Of a stretch of DNA of 38,870 nt, positions 15,470-23,194 are shown in pieces. How positions within the stretch are numbered: the stretch's first letter is position 1; the number at the start of each line of letters is the position of its first letter. The DNA is from a virus (lineage: Duplodnaviria; Caudoviricetes): positions 1 to 38,870 of the IMG/VR virus record IMGVR_UViG_3300038530_001857; one strand, 5' to 3'. The notes below the pieces were generated by a model. The model was not told the DNA's origin. It ran no database searches and saw only the letters and a program-made list of their open reading frames with translations. The translations under genes were made by a program, and so were the position numbers.

Positions 15470-15560
15470 CGTGTAACCAACGTAACGACGGTGTAACGAC
15501 AACTTTGTTGCTACACAACGGTTACAGAGCATCCGTTACGCCGTTACGCTCGTTACGCTG
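15470..15560. repeat. Inverted iteron array (GTAAC x3 / GTTAC x4), candidate origin or pac site
   Basis: GTAAC at 15473, 15482 and 15493; GTTAC at 15521, 15535, 15543 and 15552; AT-rich flanks; non-coding between divergent genes. Confidence 0.8.
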
Positions 15561-15625
15561 TTTTTGCAAAATAAAAAACAAAAACGAAAAATTATGGGGA
15601 ACAACCTTTTGGCCGTGTTTTTTGC

Positions 15626-15654
15626 TTTACATAGCTGGGATAATGTGGGAATGT
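15626..15654 (+). promoter_or_regulatory. Early promoter with GCTGGGAT in the spacer
   Basis: TTTACA-17 bp-GAATGT, two TGGGA sites, GAGGAG RBS downstream. Confidence 0.5.
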
Positions 15655-15683
15655 TCCTAGACATCAACGAGAGGAGACTTCAA

Positions 15684-15839
15684 ATGAGCAGAGACGACAT
15701 CATCCAGAACGTGAAGGACGCCAAGTTCCAGATCGAGTTCATGGCACTAATGCTTCTGTCTGACAGGACAGATGAAGCGGCGACCGCGTACGAAAAGGCA
15801 CTGGCTAAGTTGTCAGAGATCGTGGGGAACGAACAATGA
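15684..15839 (+). CDS. Hypothetical protein (51 aa)
   Basis: MSRDDIIQNVK...; GAGGAG RBS. Confidence 0.7.
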   Translation: MSRDDIIQNVKDAKFQIEFMALMLLSDRTDEAATAYEKALAKLSEIVGNEQ

Positions 15840-16036
15840 ACCGTGATCCGGCGACAAAGATTCAGTTTGTGTGCGACCATTGTGTAGGCACCGGCTATCA
15901 ACCGGTCAACAGTTTCGAGATCGATGCCTGCCCCGAGTGCGATGGCACAGGTTTGATCGATCATCTTCCACGGCTTCAGAGCCATTATGACGACGTTATG
16001 TATGTGAACGGCGACCGTTATCAGAAGGTGGGCTGA
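15836..16036 (+). CDS. DnaJ-type zinc-finger miniprotein
   Basis: Two CxxCxGxG repeats (CDHCVGTG, CPECDGTG). Confidence 0.75.
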   Translation: MNRDPATKIQFVCDHCVGTGYQPVNSFEIDACPECDGTGLIDHLPRLQSHYDDVMYVNGDRYQKVG

Positions 16037-16037
16037 C

Positions 16038-16238
16038 ATGGATAAGACGTACAGAATCCGGGATGTCGAGGATGGGTCTGTCTACTCGATGACATTGCCA
16101 ATGATTTTGGAAGAGATAAATCGCGATAGATCAGACGAGTGGACAAAGTACGACGAGACTGATTGGCGTGAAGGTTTGGCAGAATTTACGACCTACGAGG
16201 TCGTTGCCGAAGAGGTCTGGGAGGTCATTGATGACTGA
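16038..16238 (+). CDS. Hypothetical acidic protein
   Basis: 66 aa, tightly packed in the operon. Confidence 0.7.
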   Translation: MDKTYRIRDVEDGSVYSMTLPMILEEINRDRSDEWTKYDETDWREGLAEFTTYEVVAEEVWEVIDD

Positions 16239-16506
16239 ACGAGTAAGGGTGGCACCACCTTGGGTGCGCGGCGACAAAAAGCACGGCTCCCCCAGAGACC
16301 GTGGTTCGGCGGACAGGTACTACGGTCGGCCATACAATCCGCACTGGCATTTTTATGGGGCGTCATCTTTTTGGAGTGAGATTGGCTGTGAGCTAATTGA
16401 GTCCGATCAGATGACCCCAGAAGAAATCGCTGAATATGACAAGGGCTACGACGGTGAGACAGGCGAAAAGGTCTGGTTCGAGCCGGAGCCACGAATGGAG
16501 GATTGA
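16231..16506 (+). CDS. Hypothetical protein
   Basis: MTERVRVAPP..HGSPRDRGSADRYYGR..; GGAGG RBS before ATG 16231. Confidence 0.7.
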   Translation: MTERVRVAPPWVRGDKKHGSPRDRGSADRYYGRPYNPHWHFYGASSFWSEIGCELIESDQMTPEEIAEYDKGYDGETGEKVWFEPEPRMED

Positions 16507-16507
16507 A

Positions 16508-16777
16508 ATGACGAAGATCATTGAGGCCGAGTACAACGTGTTCGCCACACAGTTCTGGGAACCCAAGCACATCGAGGGTTGGCCCACAGACGAGGAGGGT
16601 GCGCCGCGTGATATCAAAACGGCACATGACTTCTACATCAAGTGGGGGCTGTTGCATGTGCAGTGGCACAAGGACGGTCACCGGTTCGAGTACGAGCCGA
16701 CTGCCGAGGAACATGGTGACGGCATGGACTACAAGTGGCCGGACGCCGAGTATGTTGATGGCGAGAGGATGGACTGA
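16508..16777 (+). CDS. Hypothetical protein
   Basis: MTKIIEAEYN...; GGAGG RBS. Confidence 0.7.
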   Translation: MTKIIEAEYNVFATQFWEPKHIEGWPTDEEGAPRDIKTAHDFYIKWGLLHVQWHKDGHRFEYEPTAEEHGDGMDYKWPDAEYVDGERMD

Positions 16778-16888
16778 TGGAAGAAGAGATCGAGGAAAAC
16801 TGTGAGTGTGGTCTTACAGAGGATGGTTCGTGGGACGAATCTTTGTTCGACGAGTGGGGTTGTGACTGTGAAAGGGAGGTTCGAGGTT

Positions 16889-17485
16889 ATGCAGATAATC
16901 ACTAAGGAAGAGGCTAAAGCACAAGGGCTGACTCACTACTACACCGGCAAGCCGTGCAACAGGGGGCATGACAGCAAGCGTTATGTCAGTGTCAACAAAT
17001 GTGTCCAATGTGTTAAGGACGACTTGGACAAATGGAGGAAAGAAAACCGGGAGCGGTATTTGGCTGACCAAAAAGATAGATACCAAAAAGACAAGAAAAA
17101 ATATATAGACCGGGCTGCGAAATGGCGCGTGGAAAACATGGAAAAGCGCAGAGAGATTTGCCGCAAATATTATTGGGACAATTGGGACAAGGAGTGTCTC
17201 CGCCGCAAGGACTACGCTAGAAGAAACCCCGACAAGGTAGCAAGCCGGACGCGGTTTTACCAAGCCCGGAAACGTCAAGCCACGCTAAAAGGGTTTTTGC
17301 CAAAAGACTTTGAGCGCATCTATCAAAAGCGTGATCAAATGACTGAGGCCACCGGCCTACCGCATCACGTTGACCACATTGTTCCTTTAGTCGGCAAAAA
17401 TGTGTGTGGGCTGCACGTCCCGTGGAACCTGCAAATCCTTACAGCAGATGAGAACAGGCAGAAATCCAACAAGATGCCGGGATAG
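16889..17485 (+). CDS. HNH endonuclease, homing-type
   Basis: N-terminal YYTGKPCxRGH..CVQC module, basic helical middle, C-terminal [27 protein letters not shown]. Confidence 0.85.
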   Translation: MQIITKEEAKAQGLTHYYTGKPCNRGHDSKRYVSVNKCVQCVKDDLDKWRKENRERYLADQKDRYQKDKKKYIDRAAKWRVENMEKRREICRKYYWDNWDKECLRRKDYARRNPDKVASRTRFYQARKRQATLKGFLPKDFERIYQKRDQMTEATGLPHHVDHIVPLVGKNVCGLHVPWNLQILTADENRQKSNKMPG

Positions 17486-17495
17486 TTTTACAGCA

Positions 17496-17855
17496 AGGAG
17501 GCAGACAATGGGTAGGTTTTACGCGAAAGAACAGGTGCTGGATGCCGAGGGCAGGCACGTTTCAGATCGACTGACGCCTGTGTGCAGTTCGATCACCCTG
17601 CTGGAGAAAAAGCTGTTGCGACATCGAGAGACCTTTCCACTAGAGGAAGGCCAGCGGTTTGCGGGAAGAATATATGTGTACACCGCCAAGCGGTACAGCG
17701 CCGCCGCGCATGGGGTCTACGAGATCGTGGACGGCAAGCTGAAGCGGCTCCGGAACAGTTCTCATTGGAATTCTTTTGTGGACCCCGAGACGATGGACAG
17801 GGACCACACATATCCGAGTTTAGTGAACCCCTACGAGGAGGCAGACAATGGGTAG
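17496..17855. repeat. 20-bp direct repeat flanking one gene
   Basis: AGGAGGCAGACAATGGGTAG at 17496-17515 and 17836-17855. Confidence 0.9.
17508..17855 (+). CDS. Hypothetical protein
   Basis: MGRFYAKEQVLD...; AGGAGG RBS. Confidence 0.7.
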   Translation: MGRFYAKEQVLDAEGRHVSDRLTPVCSSITLLEKKLLRHRETFPLEEGQRFAGRIYVYTAKRYSAAAHGVYEIVDGKLKRLRNSSHWNSFVDPETMDRDHTYPSLVNPYEEADNG

Positions 17856-18054
17856 AGTAAAAGATTGGCTGATTGGCATGCAAGAGGATGCCATGTGGAT
17901 GAGCCGTGATTCGTGGGCCGCGAAGAATGGCGCACAGAACCTGCAACTCTACGACGAGGTGCAGGACGAAATGACGGAGCAACGTGCTCCGTCGCCTGAG
18001 ATGTTGCAGGAGCAGATCGACAGGATCGAGGAGATATTCGGTGACAAAGACTGA
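17848..18054 (+). CDS. Hypothetical protein
   Basis: MGRVKDWLIGMQED...; AGGAGG RBS. Confidence 0.75.
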   Translation: MGRVKDWLIGMQEDAMWMSRDSWAAKNGAQNLQLYDEVQDEMTEQRAPSPEMLQEQIDRIEEIFGDKD

Positions 18055-18061
18055 CCCCAGG

Positions 18062-18220
18062 ATGATGCATGTGGCCGACGAGGTTCGTCGGCTCATGCGA
18101 ATCTTCAGCGATCTCTGCTTTGACGATGCACCGCAGGATGAGATCGATGCGGCTTGGCGGCGGTACATGTACGTCAAGCGGTTGCACAGGAAGGGAGTGG
18201 AGTATGTGCCTCGATTCTAA
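18062..18220 (+). CDS. Hypothetical protein (start uncertain, GTG 18041 possible)
   Basis: MMHVADEVRRL...GVEYVPRF; fills the gap in the operon. Confidence 0.6.
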   Translation: MMHVADEVRRLMRIFSDLCFDDAPQDEIDAAWRRYMYVKRLHRKGVEYVPRF

Positions 18221-18497
18221 TCGTAGATCGAGGGCGAAGCGAAGAAGGGATGCGATCATAGCACTGGGCGGGGCATGTGCTCGTTGTGGCGAGTCTGATC
18301 CTGTCGTGTTGGAGATCGATCACATCCTGCAAAGGAACAAGGATTCCGAGGTGAAGAGAAACGGCCAGCATAATTTCAACGAGGTGAACCGGATGGTCAA
18401 AAGCAACCGTGATCCGTGTACCAAGTTCCAAGCATTGTGCGCCAACTGTCACAAGCGGAAGACCAAAGAGAACGAGGATTGGAGGCGTCATGGATGA
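18204..18497 (+). CDS. Small HNH endonuclease
   Basis: CARCG..LEIDHI..LCANCHKRKT. Confidence 0.8.
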   Translation: MCLDSNRRSRAKRRRDAIIALGGACARCGESDPVVLEIDHILQRNKDSEVKRNGQHNFNEVNRMVKSNRDPCTKFQALCANCHKRKTKENEDWRRHG

Positions 18498-18642
18498 CGA
18501 CGAGGGCGACGAGTATTTGGTTTGCGATTGGTGCGGTCACGAGTGCCAAGATTTCACATCATTTTTTGGAGACATTCGTTGCGACGAGTGTGCGTATGAA
18601 GACGAAACCTACAGAAGGGAGATTCTAGGTGAGCGTATATGA
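18490..18642 (+). CDS. Acidic zinc-finger miniprotein
   Basis: CDWC..CDEC; GGAGG RBS. Confidence 0.65.
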   Translation: MDDDEGDEYLVCDWCGHECQDFTSFFGDIRCDECAYEDETYRREILGERI

Positions 18643-18880
18643 CAAGCGCGTGACGCGCGACATGAGGATGATGATGCTGAAGATCCACAACGATCTGAAG
18701 GACATCAAGAACACGGTCGAAGAGTGCAACGACATGTGGCTGTCTGATCTGCGGAAGATGGAGGAGATCATTCACACCTTGCATATGGAGTTCGATTTCA
18801 AGCCGCCGAGAAAAACCGGCGCGCACTGGTCGGACTGGGTGTTCGCCGAGGATGTGAAAGAGGAGGACGAGGACGAATGA
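18629..18880 (+). CDS. Hypothetical coiled-coil protein
   Basis: 83 aa in the operon, acidic tail. Confidence 0.65.
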   Translation: MSVYDKRVTRDMRMMMLKIHNDLKDIKNTVEECNDMWLSDLRKMEEIIHTLHMEFDFKPPRKTGAHWSDWVFAEDVKEEDEDE

Positions 18881-19074
18881 AGGTCGTCTGGGTTCTGTTG
18901 CTAGTCACAGGGTATGGTGTCGATTCGGATTCGTTCGACACCAAATCCCTCGGCGGCTACGACACTATTGCGGAATGCCATGTGGCGGCGACTCAAATCT
19001 TTTGGGAGAATATGCCCATCAATCAGGAAGCAATGTGCATCAGAGTCGAGTATCAAGATGTGGATAGACAATAG
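18877..19074 (+). CDS. Small protein with hydrophobic N-terminus
   Basis: MKVVWVLLLV..GGYDTIAEC..C; ATGA-coupled. Confidence 0.7.
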   Translation: MKVVWVLLLVTGYGVDSDSFDTKSLGGYDTIAECHVAATQIFWENMPINQEAMCIRVEYQDVDRQ

Positions 19075-19270
19075 ACCAAAGTGCGAGGCGTGTGGAGCGC
19101 CCGCTGACACCAAGACCGGAACCGATATATATCACTGTGCGCGGTGTTGGCTGACCAACGAGAGGAATCGGCATGACCGAAGAAGAGAAGCAGTCCGAAG
19201 AACTGGACGAGCATACCCAGATGGTGATCGTTTCTCGCCACATCAACGCTATGATGGGGCGGTTCGCTAA
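19058..19270 (+). CDS. Possible zinc-finger miniprotein
   Basis: MWIDNRPKCEACG..HCARCW; overlaps the next gene by about 100 bp. Confidence 0.45.
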   Translation: MWIDNRPKCEACGAPADTKTGTDIYHCARCWLTNERNRHDRRREAVRRTGRAYPDGDRFSPHQRYDGAVR

Positions 19271-19439
19271 ACGGAATATCAGTCCGGACATGATCGCCTA
19301 TATGATGATGTCTGCGGGAACTACGCTTTTGCTGGCAAATAACCGCTTTAACCCTGTATTCTATGGAGAGGTGATTGCTGCGGCTCTGGCCTCGGCGAAT
19401 CAAGCGGTGTCTGATAACGACGAGGAGACGAAGCATTGA
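19173..19439 (+). CDS. Hypothetical protein
   Basis: 88 aa, GAGG RBS. Confidence 0.65.
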   Translation: MTEEEKQSEELDEHTQMVIVSRHINAMMGRFAKRNISPDMIAYMMMSAGTTLLLANNRFNPVFYGEVIAAALASANQAVSDNDEETKH

Positions 19440-19636
19440 TTGAGCAAGGTGACGGCACGTTTGAACGGCGCCTGTCGCAGGGCCGGTGCCCCAAGTGCGA
19501 TACCGCCCTGCCTGAATTGAATCAGATATACTGGCCTATTCGTTGTTCGCATTGCGATCTGGTGATCGGAAGGAACAATGATCCGTGGGCCGTGGAAGAT
19601 GAATCGCTGGCAATGAACGCCGGCGCGTTGAGTTAA
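19436..19636 (+). CDS. Zinc-ribbon miniprotein
   Basis: CPKC..CSHC; GAGGAG RBS, TTGA overlap. Confidence 0.65.
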   Translation: MIEQGDGTFERRLSQGRCPKCDTALPELNQIYWPIRCSHCDLVIGRNNDPWAVEDESLAMNAGALS

Positions 19637-19835
19637 GCGGGAGGACGACACTCCCATATGGGGCGACAAGGGGAGCGTCCCGAAGGCCATAGATGTTGCT
19701 AGCGTGTTTAACCCGCACAGAAGAAGCACATGGGCATGCTAGATGTATTAAATCCGTGTCGTCCACCTGACGTTTTAGGTTTTTTTAGTCAGGAAGCAAG
19801 GCGGTAAATCTATGGAATCCCCCCTTTTACGGAGG
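19637..19835 (+). ncRNA. Candidate structured intergenic RNA
   Basis: ~200-nt gap in an otherwise tightly packed operon with at least five complementary segment pairs, including a 12-bp stem containing four G-U wobbles. Confidence 0.5.
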
Positions 19836-19840
19836 CGTGT

Positions 19841-20041
19841 ATGAAGAAGGAGACATTGTTGATGGCAAGCGAAGAAGAGATTGCAGGCAAGGTTCCGCAG
19901 ATGGAATGGAGCACGGCAATGCAGGTGATCGAGTGGTGCGTCGATGAAATGGTAGACAAGATCGCCGAGTACCCTGATGACTATGGGCCAGGACGAGCAG
20001 ACGAGGTCATGGAAGCGTGGGAAAGGATTCTGAGAGGGTGA
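19841..20041 (+). CDS. Hypothetical protein
   Basis: 66 aa, GGAGG RBS. Confidence 0.7.
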   Translation: MKKETLLMASEEEIAGKVPQMEWSTAMQVIEWCVDEMVDKIAEYPDDYGPGRADEVMEAWERILRG

Positions 20042-20042
20042 A

Positions 20043-20258
20043 ATGGTTGAAGCATTTATTGCGTCTGTAAGTTTTTGTGTGATGTTATCGACTCCGCCGG
20101 AGTGCGGCCACATTGAGGACGAGTGGGGGCCGTACGAGACGCAAATGGAATGCGAAGCAAGAATTCGTCAGATGTTTGGGCTTTTGAGTATGACGTTTCC
20201 CCCCGGCAGTGTGTACGGCAAGGGAAGTTGTTACAAGGTTGAAGGGGAGAAGCTGTGA
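20043..20258 (+). CDS. Small Cys-containing protein with hydrophobic N-terminus
   Basis: MVEAFIASVSFC..WGPYETQMEC..C. Confidence 0.7.
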   Translation: MVEAFIASVSFCVMLSTPPECGHIEDEWGPYETQMECEARIRQMFGLLSMTFPPGSVYGKGSCYKVEGEKL

Positions 20259-20479
20259 AACAACGAGATCCAAACTGGCACGGGATTCGCAGGCATCATG
20301 TGGTGCCTGACAAACGTGACAAACTAATGACGGACATACACAACGCTATGGTCGAGGATGTCCAAGACCGTTGTCCGCGCTGTGGACGTACCGGCAAGAT
20401 CGAAGTACACGGGCACTACCAGTGCGCTGCATGCGGCAGCGTGATTGACGACTGCTGTCAAGGAGAGTGCGCAGTATGA
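20255..20479 (+). CDS. Zinc-finger protein
   Basis: CPRCG..VHGHYQCAACG..DCCQGE. Confidence 0.7.
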   Translation: MKQRDPNWHGIRRHHVVPDKRDKLMTDIHNAMVEDVQDRCPRCGRTGKIEVHGHYQCAACGSVIDDCCQGECAV

Positions 20480-20712
20480 CAGACAATGTGATTTCTTTTC
20501 CGATTCAGAAGATAACGAAAACAAACGATCCGGTGGCTTTTGTATGCAAAGCCGCAGGAGAGAAATTCAAGCATGTGGTGATCATGGGCGAGAACGAGAA
20601 GGGTCAGGTGCAGATGATTACAACTGTGGCCGATCCAGCAGAGGTTTTATGGTACATGGAAGCCGCGCGCTTCGGGATTATGACAGGAGGTTTAGAGGAT
20701 GAAGAAGAATGA
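20476..20712 (+). CDS. Hypothetical protein
   Basis: MTDNVISFP...; AGGAG RBS, ATGA overlap. Confidence 0.7.
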   Translation: MTDNVISFPIQKITKTNDPVAFVCKAAGEKFKHVVIMGENEKGQVQMITTVADPAEVLWYMEAARFGIMTGGLEDEEE

Positions 20713-21077
20713 CCGAAGAGTACACCCTGAACCTGACGATAACGTCGTCAAGTTTCCCACGCCACCCGCACCTAGCAGTGCTGGTAGCGAAGAGGATGTG
20801 GGAGATGAGTCACCCCTTACCTTCTATTTCGTCCCTGACTGGGATACCGGAGAAGACGATTCCGCACCTAGCTAGATTAGAGGGTTGGGTTCGCCTGTCA
20901 TATGGGATTAGGGTCACAGGCTATCATGGCCCGTTCTTGTTTCCCGACGAGACGGAAGAACTATACGACGGTCAGCGGTTCGAGGATGATCCCGAAGCCT
21001 GTCGACCAGAGAATAAATACAGACCGAGAGATCGCAACGACATGACATATGCGTCCTCGGCATTGGGGTGGTTATGA
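20709..21077 (+). CDS. Hypothetical protein, possible HTH
   Basis: 122 aa; LPSISSLTGIPEKTI..LARLEGW is HTH-like. Confidence 0.6.
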   Translation: MTEEYTLNLTITSSSFPRHPHLAVLVAKRMWEMSHPLPSISSLTGIPEKTIPHLARLEGWVRLSYGIRVTGYHGPFLFPDETEELYDGQRFEDDPEACRPENKYRPRDRNDMTYASSALGWL

Positions 21078-22511
21078 ATGTTCAATTTCAAAACGGAGCC
21101 GTATGCTCACCAACTTGAGGCGCTGAAGCGTTCTTATGACAAGCGCAACTATGCCTACTTTATGGAGATGGGTTGTGGCAAATCGAAAGTGCTTATTGAT
21201 AACATCGTGTGGCTCTACGAACAGGGCCGCATTGACACAGCGGTTATTGTCGCGCCGAAGGGTGTTTACCGCAACTGGGAAACGGCGGAGATTCCAGCAC
21301 ATTTCCCCGAGAATGTTCCGCACGAGATTTATGTATGGAATCCGAATCCCAACAAAACCCAAGCGCGGCGGCTACGCGACGGCGTTGAAAAGCGTGGCGT
21401 CCTGCGCATCCTTTTGGCAAACGTGGAGGGGTTCGCAACTAAAAAGCTGCCCGCATTTGTGGGTGCGTTCACACAGGGCAGCAGTTTCCTACTTGGTCTT
21501 GATGAGTCCACTACAATCAAGAATCCCAAAGCCAAACGCACTAAGACGCTGGTCCTCTTCGGCAAGAAGGCTGCATACAAAAGAATCCTGACAGGATCTC
21601 CGGTGACCAAGTCGCCGATGGATTTGTATTCGCAGTGTGCCTTCCTGGATCCTGACCTGCTGGGCTTCAAGTCATACTGGTCGTTCCAGTATCGATACGC
21701 CATGACGCGGACACAACGCATGGGCAATCATTCTTTTACCGAGATCATTGGCTACCGCAATCTGCCTGAACTGACCGACAAGCTGGGCATGTTCTCGTAC
21801 CGAGTTACGAAGGAAGACGCCCTCGATCTGCCGGAGAAGATATACACGACTCGCGAAGTGTCGATGACGGAAGACCAGACTCGGCACTACAACACGCTGA
21901 AGGGTGCAGCCATTGCACTGCTCGAAGGCGGGGAGATGGTGACGGCGCCAGAGGTCATGACCAAGTTGCTACGGATGCAGCAGGTTTTGTGCGGGCACCT
22001 GATGACGGACGACGGAGAACTGGTCGAAATTAAAAGCAACCGCATACAAGCGATGCTTGACACCATCGATGAGATGACCGGCAGCGTAATCATCTGGTCG
22101 AGGTTTCGATACGACATCAAACAGATCGTGCAGGAGTTGAAGAAAGCTCATGGACCGGGGTCCGTGGTCAGTTACTTCGGCGATACAAGGGACGAGGAGC
22201 GTCAGGCAGCAATCAAATCATTTCAGGACGGTGAGGCAAGATTCTTTGTCGGCAACCCACAGACGGCAGGCTTTGGTCTGACACTGACGGCGGCAACGAA
22301 CGTGATCTACTACGCCAATGACTACAACCTTGCGACGAGGTGGCAGTCAGAAGATCGATGCCACCGAATCGGACAGAACCACAGTGTCTTGTATGTGGAT
22401 CTTGTCGTGCCGAAGACTATCGACATCAACATCGTCAAGGCGCTCAAGAGCAAGATTCATCTGGCGGGGGTGACTTTGGGAGAAGAAGTGAGGAAGTGGC
22501 TTGAGGTTTGA
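21078..22511 (+). CDS. SNF2-family (SF2) DNA helicase
   Basis: MEMGCGKS (motif I), LDESTTIKN (II), LTGSP (III), AGFGLTL (V), QSEDRCHRIGQ (VI). Confidence 0.92.
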   Translation: MFNFKTEPYAHQLEALKRSYDKRNYAYFMEMGCGKSKVLIDNIVWLYEQGRIDTAVIVAPKGVYRNWETAEIPAHFPENVPHEIYVWNPNPNKTQARRLRDGVEKRGVLRILLANVEGFATKKLPAFVGAFTQGSSFLLGLDESTTIKNPKAKRTKTLVLFGKKAAYKRILTGSPVTKSPMDLYSQCAFLDPDLLGFKSYWSFQYRYAMTRTQRMGNHSFTEIIGYRNLPELTDKLGMFSYRVTKEDALDLPEKIYTTREVSMTEDQTRHYNTLKGAAIALLEGGEMVTAPEVMTKLLRMQQVLCGHLMTDDGELVEIKSNRIQAMLDTIDEMTGSVIIWSRFRYDIKQIVQELKKAHGPGSVVSYFGDTRDEERQAAIKSFQDGEARFFVGNPQTAGFGLTLTAATNVIYYANDYNLATRWQSEDRCHRIGQNHSVLYVDLVVPKTIDINIVKALKSKIHLAGVTLGEEVRKWLEV

Positions 22512-22857
22512 CGCCCTTGAATCGGCGGTTGCCGGCATTTCGTTCGGACACAGGGCCGGGGCTAAACTGGTGGGGGTAAAGATGGCATTCGCCTGTTTCG
22601 ACATCGACGTACAAGAGTCGGACGCCTATCTTCCGCTGTTTTTTGTTCAAGGTTCGGTTGATGATTGATCCATCTTTGCGGCGACTGGCCTTCTTCACAT
22701 CGAAGAACAGCCATTCGTTGTTCGGCGATAACGCTACGATATCGACCGGTCCCTGTTCCATAACGTGAGTGTATACATGACAGCCTTGAGAGATCAGCCA
22801 ATCAGCCGCAAGCAGTTCGCACCGCTTGCCGTCCTTGATTCGGTAGTCGATTCCCAC
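22444..22857 (-). CDS. PD-(D/E)XK endonuclease (Hjc-like)
   Basis: Start reassigned to GTG 22857: G..CELLAADWL..G..V....GPVDIVAL..FFDVK. Confidence 0.7.
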   Translation of the reverse strand: MGIDYRIKDGKRCELLAADWLISQGCHVYTHVMEQGPVDIVALSPNNEWLFFDVKKASRRKDGSIINRTLNKKQRKIGVRLLYVDVETGECHLYPHQFSPGPVSERNAGNRRFKGVKPQATSSLLLPKSPPPDESCS

Positions 22858-22928
22858 AAAAAATCCTTTTTTCTCCCAGCCGCATATGTTAGTGTCCCAC
22901 GACACAGCGTGATCCACAAGGAGTGAAA

Positions 22929-23144
22929 ATGGACAATACGCGGTACAAATCAGTAGCGGTTCCAAATCACGTACACAAAGTCCTGAAGTACATTGCGGGC
23001 ATCGAAGGGCGCACGATAGGAGGCCAGATGTCACACATTGTGCGGGAGTACAATGCAACCTTTAGGGGGCACGGCGACAGCGACAAGTTCGGCGAATACC
23101 TAGAGAAAATAAAAATGGTTGACACGGTTGCAACCGATAAATAA
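22929..23144 (+). CDS. Putative ribbon-helix-helix transcriptional regulator
   Basis: YKSVAV strand + PNHVHKVLKYIA helix + GRTIGGQMSHIV helix (Arc/CopG-like pattern); AAGGAG RBS. Confidence 0.6.
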   Translation: MDNTRYKSVAVPNHVHKVLKYIAGIEGRTIGGQMSHIVREYNATFRGHGDSDKFGEYLEKIKMVDTVATDK

Positions 23145-23147
23145 AAC
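23119..23147 (+). promoter_or_regulatory. Promoter of the replication operon with a palindromic spacer
   Basis: TTGACA-17 bp-TAAAAC; the spacer starts with the perfect palindrome CGGTTGCAACCG. Confidence 0.6.
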
Positions 23148-23194
23148 CGACTGCACACCCGAAGGGGTTAAACTTGTAACAAGGAGAGTGAACG

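Noticed and set aside
14419-15660. 413-aa plus-strand ORF
   Set aside because: Antisense shadow of terS and the PD-(D/E)XK nuclease, running through the iteron array; no RBS or recognisable motif.
19637-19835. tRNA or hammerhead ribozyme reading of the structured gap
   Set aside because: No cloverleaf or T-loop GTTCRA, and no CUGANGA/GAAA core; kept only as an unclassified RNA candidate.
22858-23058. N-terminal 67 aa of the track ORF 22444-23058
   Set aside because: Overlaps the plus-strand RHH-like gene and its regulatory region; nuclease motifs begin only after GTG 22857.
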